Shown: positions 9,695-21,397 of the stretch, in pieces
Layout of the letters: every line of letters starts with the position of its first letter
Position numbering within the stretch: position 1 is the stretch's first letter
From: Crocinitomicaceae bacterium
Lineage (GTDB): Bacteria > Bacteroidota > Bacteroidia > Flavobacteriales_D > Crocinitomicaceae
Assembly (NCBI GenBank): GCA_044372485.1
Contig: JBILRU010000001.1
Coordinates: 9,709-73,708, forward strand
Reading direction: 5' to 3'
DNA: 64,000 nucleotides
Position numbers and translations under genes: made by a program
The notes under the pieces: model-generated
Seen by the model: only the letters and a program-made list of their open reading frames with translations
Told to the model about the DNA's origin: nothing
Database searches by the model: none

Positions 9695-12250
9695 CTATAA
9701 TTCCCCAAGGTTCATTCCTATAGTGAAGCTCAATTTGGGGTAAAATCCTTTGCTCTGGATAGAAGCATTAGAACCGGAAGTTGCACCAGCTCCAGTTGCC
9801 CAACTATCTAATTTATCAAAGCCAAATCCGTAATCTAAGCCCAACATACCGAACATCGGCAAAAATACACGGATACCAACTCCAGCAGCGCGTTTCACAT
9901 TAAAGGGATTAAATTTATCAAACGTTGGATACGTGTTTCCGGCCTCTAAGAACGTAAGCGCATAAAAAGTTGCTTGTGGATTTAATGAAATTGGATAGCG
10001 CAACTCCAATGTATACTTCGCAATAATTGGATCTCCTCCTTCAGCAGAAATACTTTGATCATCATAACCCCTAAGCGCAATAATTTCGCGTCCACCCAAT
10101 TGATTCACTCCGGACAAACCACTTCCTCCCATCGAATAACGATCGAATGGAGTTAAACCTTTTGATTTGTTGTACATACCTATATAACCAAAGCCAAAGC
10201 GCGGCATTAAGACAAGTTTTTTGTCTGCTGTTAAGGGCAGGAACCATTCTCCAGTAAATTTAAATCGGTAATACTCCAAGAACAAGTAGCGTTCGCGATC
10301 AGTCATCGCTGCGTAATCTACATCATCTCTGAAATAAGAATACGGAAGCGTTGCTTTCGCAGTCAGCGTAAAATTGGAACCACTTTGTGGATAAATCGGT
10401 GCGCTCACAGAACTACGTTGGAGGACATACTTCAAAGCGATGTCGTTCGCGTAACCCTCATTAAAGAGCGGGAAACGTGTGTCTTTCATGACATCATAAT
10501 ACTGGTAACTCAATTCGTAGTACGCAGTGAAATAATCATCCGGCCATCTTTTGCGACGGCCTAAACCAACACCCGTTCCAGTAATGGAAAGTCCAGTATA
10601 GTTTGGATCTGATCTTAAGAAGCCTGTTGTCGACAAAGCTGTTCTATTTACCCAAAAGGAGAGGGAATTGGGTTTCTTTCCGCCCAACCAAGGTTCAGTG
10701 AAGGAAAAGTTATACCCTTGATAAAAACGACCATTTGATTGAGCACGTATGGACAATCGTTGACCGTCACCACCTGGTAGAGGAGACCATGCTTCTTTCT
10801 TAAAGAAATTTTTGGTTGAAAAATTATTAAATGATAATCCAACCGTTCCGATAATTCGTCCCGGAGTAGAAGGGCCTGCGCCGCCGTATCCACCGGACAA
10901 CTCAATTTGATCACTTGACTTTTCTTCCACGACGTACTCAATATCCACCGTTCCTTTAGCTGGATTCGGCATTGGATTCACTTGAAAACCTTGATCATTG
11001 AAAAAACCCAATTGAGATAATTCGCGCTGCGTTCTCATGATGTCTTCCTTGTTAAACACATCCCCGGGTTTCGTTCTCACTTCTCGCAAGATCACATGGT
11101 CATTCGTTTTGGTGTTTCCTCGAATAGTAATCGTGCCATTTGTGGCGATTTTTCCTTCGATAATGCGGATTTGGTGGTTGATGTGATTATTAGTCACATT
11201 CGTTTCAACCGGAATTACTTGAAAGAACAAATATCCTTTGTTCATGTACAATGCTGAAATATCTCTGCCATCTGGACCGCCAAATAAACGTTGTGAGAAG
11301 AGGTCTTTGTTATATAAATCTCCCTTATGAATTCCTAAAACAGTATCTAAGAAACTAGAGCGGTACTTTGTGTTTCCAATCCATTCTACATCCCCGAAAT
11401 AGTACTTTTCACCTTCATTAATCTGAATCTGAATTTTTAAATTCTTTTCATCCAAGAGATAAACGGTGTCATGAATGATTTGCGCATCACGTAATCCAAC
11501 CTTGTTGAACTTCGCCATTAAGGCTGTTTTATCCGTTTGATAACTAGATTCTGTAAACTTGGAACGTTTGAAAACGCGTAATACACCTTTTTGTTTGGTG
11601 TCTTTCATTGCCATTTTCAACTTCCATAACGGCACTTCTGTGCTTCCAACAATCTCAATTTCCTTTATACCGATTTTTGGTCCTTTTTCGATCGTAATAG
11701 CGAAAATTTCTGAATCGTTAATGAGGGTATCCTTGGTACGCGTGATGTTTACATTGGCATGGTAAAATCCTTTTTCACGGAAGTAACCCCTGATTTTACT
11801 TTTGGTTTGAAAGATTAAATTCTCAGTAATGGTTTTACCTGCATATAAAGAGATTTCCTCACGAACTTTATCGGCTTCTCTTTTGGTGATTCCATCAAAC
11901 TTAAATTTAGAAAGTTTAGGTCTCGGAACAAGTTCTATGACTAGATAAATCACACCTGCAACTTCTTTTTCTGCATAAATAGAAATGTTAGAAAAAAGTC
12001 CTTCACTCCACAAATTTTGAATGGCCTTGTTTATTTGTTGACTAGGCAAGGTGATCATTTGTCCTTGACGTAATCCGGCAATCATTTTAATTCCTTGGTG
12101 ATCATAATTATCTGCTCCAATAACACGAACAGGCCCTATTTCATATTCCTTTGGTGATGCGTAATCAAAATCCAACCCCCCTAGAGTTGTTGGTCCAGTT
12201 TGACTATATGTCACAAAAGACAAGAATATGAATATAACTAAGTATCTCAT
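9695..12250 (-). CDS. bamA: Outer membrane protein assembly factor BamA
   Basis: 851 aa with POTRA-like repeats and a C-terminal beta-barrel ending in an aromatic-rich segment. It sits in the uppS-bamA-skp context. Confidence 0.92.
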   Translation of the reverse strand: MRYLVIFIFLSFVTYSQTGPTTLGGLDFDYASPKEYEIGPVRVIGADNYDHQGIKMIAGLRQGQMITLPSQQINKAIQNLWSEGLFSNISIYAEKEVAGVIYLVIELVPRPKLSKFKFDGITKREADKVREEISLYAGKTITENLIFQTKSKIRGYFREKGFYHANVNITRTKDTLINDSEIFAITIEKGPKIGIKEIEIVGSTEVPLWKLKMAMKDTKQKGVLRVFKRSKFTESSYQTDKTALMAKFNKVGLRDAQIIHDTVYLLDEKNLKIQIQINEGEKYYFGDVEWIGNTKYRSSFLDTVLGIHKGDLYNKDLFSQRLFGGPDGRDISALYMNKGYLFFQVIPVETNVTNNHINHQIRIIEGKIATNGTITIRGNTKTNDHVILREVRTKPGDVFNKEDIMRTQRELSQLGFFNDQGFQVNPMPNPAKGTVDIEYVVEEKSSDQIELSGGYGGAGPSTPGRIIGTVGLSFNNFSTKNFFKKEAWSPLPGGDGQRLSIRAQSNGRFYQGYNFSFTEPWLGGKKPNSLSFWVNRTALSTTGFLRSDPNYTGLSITGTGVGLGRRKRWPDDYFTAYYELSYQYYDVMKDTRFPLFNEGYANDIALKYVLQRSSVSAPIYPQSGSNFTLTAKATLPYSYFRDDVDYAAMTDRERYLFLEYYRFKFTGEWFLPLTADKKLVLMPRFGFGYIGMYNKSKGLTPFDRYSMGGSGLSGVNQLGGREIIALRGYDDQSISAEGGDPIIAKYTLELRYPISLNPQATFYALTFLEAGNTYPTFDKFNPFNVKRAAGVGIRVFLPMFGMLGLDYGFGFDKLDSWATGAGATSGSNASIQSKGFYPKLSFTIGMNLGEL

Positions 12251-13026
12251 TTAATATCGTTTAATTGCTCGGAAGTTTTTCCAAATCTTCTTTCTCTTTG
12301 TTGATAAGCAATAATTGCCTTCAAAAATTCTTCCTTTCTGAAATCTGGCCAATGCACGGTTGTGAAGTACAACTCTGTATAAGACAATTGCCAAAGCAAA
12401 AAGTTACTAATGCGACATTCTCCACTTGTACGTATCAATAGTTCAGGGTCAGGAATACCGGAAGTGTTCAATTTTTCATTTATGGAATCTTCCGTAATTT
12501 GATTGACGGTAATTAAGCCGCTCTTAACTTCCTCTGCTAACTTCCGGCTGGCGTTAGTTATTTCAGCGCGAGCACTGTAATTTAAGGCTAAAACCAAAGT
12601 GAGATTCGTGTTTTCCCTTGTTTTGTGGGTTGCTTCGTTCAAAGATGCCACACAGGACTGTGGAAGCGCTGTAATATCTCCAATGGTCATTAAACGAACG
12701 CCGTTTTCATGCATTTCATCCGTCTCATTCGTGATTGCTTGAACAAGCAAGTCCATTAATCCTGCTACCTCTTCGGCTGGACGGTTCCAGTTTTCAGTCG
12801 AAAAAGCATACATTGTTAGATAATGAACGCCAATTTCTCTTGCTGTTTTGATAATTTCTTTAACCGACAAGACTCCTTCCGCATGTCCAAACAAACGGTG
12901 TTGGCCTTGATTTTTTGCCCAACGACCATTGCCATCCATAATAAAAGCAACATGCTTTGGGATGTTTGTTTGTTCTAACTGGGTCAATAAATTCGTCATT
13001 TCCATGTTCTTAACGAAGGTAATCAA
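12247..13026 (-). CDS. uppS: Isoprenyl transferase / undecaprenyl-diphosphate synthase
   Basis: IMDGNGRWA, FSTENWNRP and RTSGE.RISNFLLWQ motifs. The start could instead be Met8 or Met10 (13005 or 12999). ATGA overlap with bamA. Confidence 0.9.
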   Translation of the reverse strand: MITFVKNMEMTNLLTQLEQTNIPKHVAFIMDGNGRWAKNQGQHRLFGHAEGVLSVKEIIKTAREIGVHYLTMYAFSTENWNRPAEEVAGLMDLLVQAITNETDEMHENGVRLMTIGDITALPQSCVASLNEATHKTRENTNLTLVLALNYSARAEITNASRKLAEEVKSGLITVNQITEDSINEKLNTSGIPDPELLIRTSGECRISNFLLWQLSYTELYFTTVHWPDFRKEEFLKAIIAYQQRERRFGKTSEQLNDIK

Positions 13027-13069
13027 AGAATCTTGTGTTCTCTATGCAAAAACGCATAAACTATTTCTC

Positions 13070-13103
13070 AAAAAAAAAGGGACTGGTTAACCACATCCCT
13101 TTT
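13070..13103 (-). terminator. Terminator after atpC
   Basis: On the minus strand, stem AAGGGA...TCCCTT with an inner TGG/CCA extension, followed by a 9-T run. Confidence 0.5.
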
Positions 13104-13122
13104 TTAATCAGTTTAAAACCTA

Positions 13123-13401
13123 TTATTCAGCTAAAATAATGAGGCGATTATTATTTAATTCTGCCACTCCACCTTTAATTGAAGCGTGAACTGTTGATCC
13201 TGAACGAACCAATAAGTTGCTCATTTCAGCATCTGCTTCATTCCCGCTTAATTCAAAGATCACTTCTCCACTTTTCAATGATGAGATGATTGGTGCGTGA
13301 TTATTCAACACTTGAAACACGCCGTCTAAACCTGGAAGGGTAACACTTGTTGCCTCTCCTTTAAATAGACTTGCTTCTGGAGTGATAATTTCTAATTTCA
13401 T
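13123..13401 (-). CDS. atpC: F0F1 ATP synthase subunit epsilon
   Basis: 92 aa. The N-terminal beta-sandwich pattern is MKLEIITPE...HAP. It lies immediately downstream of atpD. Confidence 0.88.
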   Translation of the reverse strand: MKLEIITPEASLFKGEATSVTLPGLDGVFQVLNNHAPIISSLKSGEVIFELSGNEADAEMSNLLVRSGSTVHASIKGGVAELNNNRLIILAE

Positions 13402-13411
13402 GTGAAAGATA

Positions 13412-14953
<1,542 letters not shown>

Positions 14954-14989
14954 TTATTTGAATTTACTAGAATAAAATCGAAGATTGTT

Positions 14990-16195
14990 TTATGTACTTT
15001 TTACAATTATCCGAACAGGGAAGTACGAAAAGACAAAACTAAGTAAAGAAACCGAAGCTAGGATTAATCCGAAATCAGCGAAAGAGAATACAATCGGAAA
15101 AGGAATATTTGCCCCTGGAATGATTAAAAATTCACTTGTCAGCTGTAAAATGCAAACAGCATAACCCATAATTAAACCAAGTAATATCCCCCAGCCGGAA
15201 ATTAATAATCCTTCATAAAAAAATATTTTAAACACGTCGTTCTTGCTCATTCCAATGGCGCTTAACAACTGAACACTGTCTTTTTTCTCCACGTAAAGCA
15301 TTGTTAAAGATGCAATCAGGTTAAATGCAGCTAGTACAAAAACAAACAAAAGGATGATAAAGACAACAAGTCGTTCGGATTTGCTTGTTCGAAAAATTAA
15401 ATCGTTTTTTTCCAAATTTGTTCGAACCTTGAAGGAAGTATTTTGAATGGTTTTTTGTATTTGCTCTTTCACTTCTTGAGCGTCGTATCCTTGTTTTAAG
15501 GAAATATATAATTTGCTGATTTCCTGGTTATAACCTAGTAATTCTGATGCAGATTGAAAATCCCACATGAGGGCAGTTGCATTCACTTCTTGATTGAAAT
15601 TTACGGCGCCGTCTACCAATAAGCGAGCTGAATGAAAAGGAGCTTTTCCAAGACGAATTTTAACGTTTCGTTTTGGGGCATAAATCAATATTTCATCTGA
15701 ATTAGCAGAACCAATACTCACCTTTAAATTTTGCATTAATTCTGCCCCAACAAAAGCAAAGCGACCATCAGAATAGGTGTTTTGTCCAATTCCGCCTAAT
15801 AAATGTTTTTGAATATGGCAATCTGAAAGAAAGGACTTCTCTACCCCATAGAGTTTCGCATTTATCCACTTTTGTTCATTTCTAAGCACGATGATTTCCT
15901 CAATCTGTCTAGAGACACTTTTTATTCCGGGTATAGACTTGATTTTATGAAAATCGATTTCGTTTTCGAAAAACGTTTTTCGTTGGGCGTGTTGAATGGT
16001 AATAGGTGGGTCGAACTCACTGTACAGTTGTTCAATCATCTTTTCGATTCCATTGAATGCGGAAAGCAAGACTACCAAAGCCGCTGTGATAATCATTACA
16101 CCAAAAAGAGAAATCCGACTGATGAGCGTGACGATGTTTCGTTTTCCTCTCGACCACAAATACCTTTTTGCTATGTATAATGGGGTGTTAATCAC
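14990..16195 (-). CDS. FtsX-like (LolC/E family) ABC transporter permease
   Basis: 401 aa. YIAKRYLWS N-terminus, a large periplasmic loop and a C-terminal three-helix FtsX domain. ATGA overlap with rbfA. Confidence 0.8.
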   Translation of the reverse strand: MINTPLYIAKRYLWSRGKRNIVTLISRISLFGVMIITAALVVLLSAFNGIEKMIEQLYSEFDPPITIQHAQRKTFFENEIDFHKIKSIPGIKSVSRQIEEIIVLRNEQKWINAKLYGVEKSFLSDCHIQKHLLGGIGQNTYSDGRFAFVGAELMQNLKVSIGSANSDEILIYAPKRNVKIRLGKAPFHSARLLVDGAVNFNQEVNATALMWDFQSASELLGYNQEISKLYISLKQGYDAQEVKEQIQKTIQNTSFKVRTNLEKNDLIFRTSKSERLVVFIILLFVFVLAAFNLIASLTMLYVEKKDSVQLLSAIGMSKNDVFKIFFYEGLLISGWGILLGLIMGYAVCILQLTSEFLIIPGANIPFPIVFSFADFGLILASVSLLSFVFSYFPVRIIVKST

Positions 16196-16530
16196 TTCTT
16201 TTTCAGTAACTCATCAATTTTCATGGCATAATCCAACGAATCATCAATGTGAAAAACCAAATCTGGAATTTTACGAAGGTTTTTCAAGCGATTTCCTACT
16301 TCACGTCTAATTTTACCTTGATTAGTTCGGATGTTTTCCAATACCACGTTTTTATCCGGACCAGCAAAAACACTTAGAAAACAACGAGCTAAAGATAAGT
16401 CTGAGGTGACCCTTACCACAGTAACAGTCACCATTGAACCCAGGCAAATTTCACCTGCATTGCGTTGAAAAAATGTAGATAATTCAGCTTGAATAACAGC
16501 TTCAATTTTATTTTGTCGTATAGAACTCAT
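16192..16530 (-). CDS. rbfA: Ribosome-binding factor A
   Basis: 112 aa. The RbfA pattern is VTVTVVRVTSDLSLARCFLSV...P.L.F..D. Confidence 0.9.
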   Translation of the reverse strand: MSSIRQNKIEAVIQAELSTFFQRNAGEICLGSMVTVTVVRVTSDLSLARCFLSVFAGPDKNVVLENIRTNQGKIRREVGNRLKNLRKIPDLVFHIDDSLDYAMKIDELLKKK

Positions 16531-16564
16531 GCGTCAAAGTTATGAAATAAGCAGGAAATGTATC

Positions 16565-17524
16565 CTATGATTTGATTTGAGTCATGTTTACAATTACTTG
16601 TTTCACTTGAAAAATGCTCAACATGGGTTTCCCTTTTACTTTTTGGCGTCTCTGTTTTCGTTCTTTTTGTAGCTTTTTCAAGTTTTTGAACACAGAGAAA
16701 ACTGCGGTGATGTGAAGTGTCTTTCCGATAAGTAATTGTCCAATAGCCTTGAAAAAGACACTAAGTAGATACATCCAATTTAATGCCGGAGGAAGGTGTA
16801 AGAAATGCAAAAAATGTTTGTTTCGTTTGGCAATCATTCTCACTAGCTGATTGGGTAGTTTTTTTATGGTAGAAGATTGAGCATGGTGGCACATTGCCAA
16901 AGGTTGAAAATAAAGTTTCCATCCGTGACGCCAAGCTTGGAGTCCCAAATCGACATCTTCTGAATAATATGGATTATACAATTCGCAAAATCCCCCTAGT
17001 TGAAGGAGGTATGCTCTACGAACTAAGGCATTTGCTCCTGATAAAAACATAGTCGGCAATAATTCCGTGCTTGAAAAGGTGTTTCTATTGCTTTCGATGC
17101 GCAAGAAACGAATGCGCGGGTTTTTTGCCCCATCTTGTGCTTCGTTTGTTTCTTGATCATAAATGGCGCCCATCACTCCGAAGGTCTGCTCATTTTCAAA
17201 CAAAGACAATTGGGAGGCAAAGTAGGTGCTTGTTAAATGGACATCGGAATTTAAAAAACACACCAAATCCTTACTTGCCCGTTTAATTCCTCTGTTCATG
17301 TTTCCGGCAAAGCCCGTGTTTACGTCGCTCTTAACAAGAATGACATCAGGAAAATCACGTGTAATAATATTCACTGAATCGTCGGTCGATGCATCATCGG
17401 AAACGATGATTTCAAAATCACTGATTTCACTTGATGCAAGCGCTGCAAGCGCAGACCTAATTGTTTCCACCAAAAGTTGTTGGCCATTGTAATTTGGAAT
17501 AACAATCGAAACACTGAATTTCAT
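16565..17524 (-). CDS. Glycosyltransferase family 2
   Basis: SIVIPNYNG and DDASTDDS motifs, with a later ED/DxD-type segment. Confidence 0.85.
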   Translation of the reverse strand: MKFSVSIVIPNYNGQQLLVETIRSALAALASSEISDFEIIVSDDASTDDSVNIITRDFPDVILVKSDVNTGFAGNMNRGIKRASKDLVCFLNSDVHLTSTYFASQLSLFENEQTFGVMGAIYDQETNEAQDGAKNPRIRFLRIESNRNTFSSTELLPTMFLSGANALVRRAYLLQLGGFCELYNPYYSEDVDLGLQAWRHGWKLYFQPLAMCHHAQSSTIKKLPNQLVRMIAKRNKHFLHFLHLPPALNWMYLLSVFFKAIGQLLIGKTLHITAVFSVFKNLKKLQKERKQRRQKVKGKPMLSIFQVKQVIVNMTQIKS

Positions 17525-17610
17525 GAACTAACTTAAAATAACTAGAGAAGCAAAAGTACACAAATAATCACGGTGTATTATTGCAGTATGTTTAGAGAAA
17601 AAGGATTACG

Positions 17611-17618
17611 TATCTTTG
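17611..17618 (+). promoter_or_regulatory. -7 element TATCTTTG only 4 nt before the ABC gene ATG
   Basis: Matches TAnnTTTG. I found no good -33 TTTG. Confidence 0.3.
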
Positions 17619-17622
17619 CTCC

Positions 17623-19467
17623 ATGAAAACCTTTTGGGAAATTTTTCATTTTGCTTTTAAATACCGCATGCTCGCTTTATTGACGATCATTGGAAATTTA
17701 TTGTTTACCTTGTTCAACCTCCTTTCGCTTGTTTTATTTATTCCATTTTTACAGCTTATTTTTAGCTCGAAGGAGTTAAAAACGACCGTTGTTCCCCCAC
17801 ATTACTCTGGGGATATCGGAAAACTGCCATCCTATTGGGTTGATGTATATAACTACGAAATGCACCATATGGTCGTTTCGGATCCAAAACGTGCTTTAAT
17901 TACGGTTTGCTTGATGGTTTTTGGTGCCTTTTTCTTTAAAAATCTATCCCGTTATTTTGCTGTTTGGTTTCAATCGGAATTACGAGCAAGGGTAGTTCGA
18001 GACATTCGTAACCTACTTTACGAAAAGGCCATTCGACTTCCGCTTGGCTTTCATGCAAATGAACGAAAAGGAGACTTGTTAACCAGAATGGGGCATGATG
18101 TTGGTGAAGTAGAAAATGCGGTTGTTTGTACGTTAGAACTCGTTTTTAGAGACCCGATTTCCATTTTAATTCATGTTGGAACATTGCTGTTTATCAGTGC
18201 TGAATTGACCGTTGTTTCATTTTTCTTGTTGCCTATTTCTGCTTTTGTGATCTCTACTGTCGGGAAAAGTTTAAAGCGTACAGCAAAGCAAGGACAGGAA
18301 CAACTTGGATTGTTAACTTCTTCCTTTGATGAGAGTTTGAGTGGTGTTCGAATTATTAAATCTTTTAACGCACTGAATTTTATGTCGGGAGTATTTCAAG
18401 CATTGAATCTTCGTCACCAAAAATTAACCACAAAAACCATTAGAAAAAAGGACGTTTCCTCCCTTTTAAACGAAACAATTGGTGCGGGTGTCATGATGTG
18501 TTTGGTTTGGTTTGGTGGGAAACAAATTCTAGAAGGGAATCAAGATGGACATGCAATGACCGGGGAGTTATTCATTACATTTATTGTTGTTTTCTCTCAA
18601 TTATTGCGACCAATTCAAGCCGTATCGAGCGGTATTGCCGTGATCAACAAAGGAAAAGTTTCCTTAGATCGGATCAATGAAATTTTACATAGCGACGAAA
18701 AAATCATCGAGAAAGAAAACGCTCAATCACTTCATCAGTTTCATACTTCGATTGTTTTTGATCACGTTGGATTCAAATACCAACAGGATCCGGTTCTAAA
18801 GAATGTTAATTGGGAAGTTAAAAAAGGGTCTGCAGTGGCTATTGTTGGAGAATCCGGAAGCGGAAAATCAACTCTTATGGATTTATTATCTCGTTTTTAC
18901 GACGTCTCTGAAGGAAGTATTCTGATTGATAGGCACGATATTCGAGACCTCAAGATTCATGATTTAAGGGACATAACTGGAATTGTTTCTCAGGAGTCTA
19001 TTTTATTCAATGTTAGTGTCACTGAAAACATTGCCTTTGGTGATGAACACCCGGACATGGAAAAAGTCTTACATGCTGCTAAAGTTGCGAACGCACACTC
19101 GTTTATCTCCGAATTAGAAAATGGTTATGAAACGGTGATTGGAGAACGAGGAAATAAACTTTCTGGTGGACAAAAACAACGATTAAACATTGCGCGAGCG
19201 GTTTACAAAGATCCTGCAATCCTTATTTTAGACGAAGCGACATCAGCGCTAGACACGGAGTCTGAAAAACTTGTACAAGATGCTCTGGAAACATTGATGC
19301 AAGGGAGAACTTCGTTTGTGATAGCGCATCGCTTGAGTACGATAAAAAACGCGGACGAAATCGTTGTGCTATCGAAAGGCGAAATCGTTGAAAGAGGCAG
19401 TCACGAAGAGTTACTTACTGCAAAATCTCACTATTTTAAATTCTGTTCACTTCAGGGTTTAATTTAA
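17623..19467 (+). CDS. ABC transporter, fused permease/ATP-binding (MsbA-like exporter)
   Basis: GESGSGKST, LSGGQKQR and ILILDEATSALD motifs with a six-helix N-terminal TMD. Confidence 0.9.
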   Translation: MKTFWEIFHFAFKYRMLALLTIIGNLLFTLFNLLSLVLFIPFLQLIFSSKELKTTVVPPHYSGDIGKLPSYWVDVYNYEMHHMVVSDPKRALITVCLMVFGAFFFKNLSRYFAVWFQSELRARVVRDIRNLLYEKAIRLPLGFHANERKGDLLTRMGHDVGEVENAVVCTLELVFRDPISILIHVGTLLFISAELTVVSFFLLPISAFVISTVGKSLKRTAKQGQEQLGLLTSSFDESLSGVRIIKSFNALNFMSGVFQALNLRHQKLTTKTIRKKDVSSLLNETIGAGVMMCLVWFGGKQILEGNQDGHAMTGELFITFIVVFSQLLRPIQAVSSGIAVINKGKVSLDRINEILHSDEKIIEKENAQSLHQFHTSIVFDHVGFKYQQDPVLKNVNWEVKKGSAVAIVGESGSGKSTLMDLLSRFYDVSEGSILIDRHDIRDLKIHDLRDITGIVSQESILFNVSVTENIAFGDEHPDMEKVLHAAKVANAHSFISELENGYETVIGERGNKLSGGQKQRLNIARAVYKDPAILILDEATSALDTESEKLVQDALETLMQGRTSFVIAHRLSTIKNADEIVVLSKGEIVERGSHEELLTAKSHYFKFCSLQGLI

Positions 19468-19566
19468 AATCAATGTTCACGGATGCACCATAAACACTTT
19501 GCCTCTAAAGGTGTTATAGAGTAAAGTAAAAACTTTATCACTAAATTTGTACCCTAAACTATTCGT

Positions 19567-20676
19567 ATGAATCACCAAACCGTATCTTTTTCGAAAGAAA
19601 CAAACGTAGAATTCTACAAAACATTAAGATCTAGAGTAAATAACTACTTCAAGGAAAATAATATTTCACGTCACGCAAATGCCTCAATGGTGATTAAAAC
19701 AATAGCGATGTTAGCGATTTATTTAGTCCCTTTTGGTTTTTTATTTGTTGCTGGATTGAGCTCATGGGTATATTTCCTTTGTTGGATTGGAATGGGTGTT
19801 GGAATGGCTGGATGTGGACTTTCCATCATGCATGATGCGAATCATGGTGCATATTCACGAAATGAAACAATTAACAAGGCAATCGGTAACGTATTAATTT
19901 TACTTGGTGGAAGCGCTGTGAATTGGAAAATTCAGCACAACGTTTTACACCACACGTATACAAACGTTACGCACTTGGACGAGGACATTGATCCACCAGT
20001 AAAATTACTTAGATTTTCACCGCACAAACAACGTTATGCTCAGCACAAATTTCAACACCTGTACGCGTGGTTTTTTTACGGAATGATGACTATGATGTGG
20101 TTCTCTACGAAAGACTTTAAGCAAGCGAAACGCTACAAAGAAAAAGACTTAATCAAAACACAAGGAACTACTTACGCGCGTCACATGACATTCATTATTT
20201 TATTTAAAATAATTTATGTTGGATTGTTTATCGTTTGTCCATTTGTATTTAGTCCAGCATCTTGGTTACTTACTTTAATCGGATTTATTGTGATGCATTT
20301 TATTGCTGGATTTATTCTTTCTATCATCTTTCAGCCGGCACACGTTGTTCCATCATCGAACTACCCAATGCCAGATGAATCTGGAAATATCGACGCGGAT
20401 TGGGCAGTAAATCAATTGTACAACACTGCAGATTTTGCGCCTAAAGCAAAGCTTTTCTCTTGGTACGTTGGTGGATTAAACTACCAGGTTGAGCACCATT
20501 TATTTCCAAATATCTGTCATGTACACTACAGTAAATTGGCTGCAATTGTAAAGTCTACAGCGGAGGAATTTAACCTTCCTTACCACTCCTACAAAACATT
20601 TTATGGTGCATTAGCTGATCACGCGAAGATGTTATATAATCTAGGGCATTACGATCAAGCCCCTGCTATTCACTAA
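19567..20676 (+). CDS. Membrane fatty-acid desaturase family protein
   Basis: Three histidine boxes: HDANHG, HNVLHH and QVEHHLFP. Confidence 0.85.
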   Translation: MNHQTVSFSKETNVEFYKTLRSRVNNYFKENNISRHANASMVIKTIAMLAIYLVPFGFLFVAGLSSWVYFLCWIGMGVGMAGCGLSIMHDANHGAYSRNETINKAIGNVLILLGGSAVNWKIQHNVLHHTYTNVTHLDEDIDPPVKLLRFSPHKQRYAQHKFQHLYAWFFYGMMTMMWFSTKDFKQAKRYKEKDLIKTQGTTYARHMTFIILFKIIYVGLFIVCPFVFSPASWLLTLIGFIVMHFIAGFILSIIFQPAHVVPSSNYPMPDESGNIDADWAVNQLYNTADFAPKAKLFSWYVGGLNYQVEHHLFPNICHVHYSKLAAIVKSTAEEFNLPYHSYKTFYGALADHAKMLYNLGHYDQAPAIH

Positions 20677-20679
20677 GAC

Positions 20680-21030
20680 ATGTTTCTGGATGATTTCAGA
20701 AATCATTGCATTGAGAAGCCGGGTGTTACAGAAGGTTTCCCTTTTGATAAAAGCACACTAGTATTTAAAGTCTTTGGTAAAATGTTTGCCTTAGTTGATG
20801 TCGATGTATTTGAGGCAATTAACCTAAAATGCGACCCAGAAAAAGCGATTGAATTACGCGAGTCACATCAAGGAATACAACCAGGCTATCACATGAATAA
20901 AACGCACTGGAACTCTGTGTATTTGAATGAAGATGTTTCGGATCAGTTATTAGTAGAGTTAATTGACCATTCCTATGAACTCGTGTATGCCAGTTTACCC
21001 AAAAAAGTAAGGAATGAAAATCCGATTTGA
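20680..21030 (+). CDS. MmcQ/YjbR family protein
   Basis: 116 aa. The pattern EGFPFD...VFKV.GKMFAL...LKCDP....L is typical of the YjbR fold. Confidence 0.75.
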   Translation: MFLDDFRNHCIEKPGVTEGFPFDKSTLVFKVFGKMFALVDVDVFEAINLKCDPEKAIELRESHQGIQPGYHMNKTHWNSVYLNEDVSDQLLVELIDHSYELVYASLPKKVRNENPI

Positions 21031-21397
21031 CAAATACGTGTGGTGTGTACGACTCGCAAAGACACGCTCCCAAGCCAGTGAACTCATTTCTAAAGGAAAA
21101 ATCAAGTTAAACGGTCAAGATGTTAAGTCGTCCAAAGAAATAAAAGTAAACGACGTCATCGGCGTGCAAAAACACAGCGCAACCTTCAACTACAAAGTAC
21201 TTGTCTTACTCGACAAACGGCTTGGAGCGGCACTCATTTCAACATATATAGAAGATCAAACCACAGAAGAAGAAATTCTGAAGTTCAAACAATACCAGTT
21301 GGCTCAAAAAGCATACCGTGAGACAGACGGAAAACCAACCAAAAAGGACCGTCGAGAATTGGATAAATTCATGGATGATTGGGATGAAGAAGGTTAA
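21014..21397 (+). CDS. S4-domain RNA-binding protein (Hsp15/HslR-like)
   Basis: 127 aa. RFDKYVWCVRLAKTRSQASELISKGKIKLNG is an S4 alpha-L motif. Confidence 0.75.
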   Translation: MKIRFDKYVWCVRLAKTRSQASELISKGKIKLNGQDVKSSKEIKVNDVIGVQKHSATFNYKVLVLLDKRLGAALISTYIEDQTTEEEILKFKQYQLAQKAYRETDGKPTKKDRRELDKFMDDWDEEG

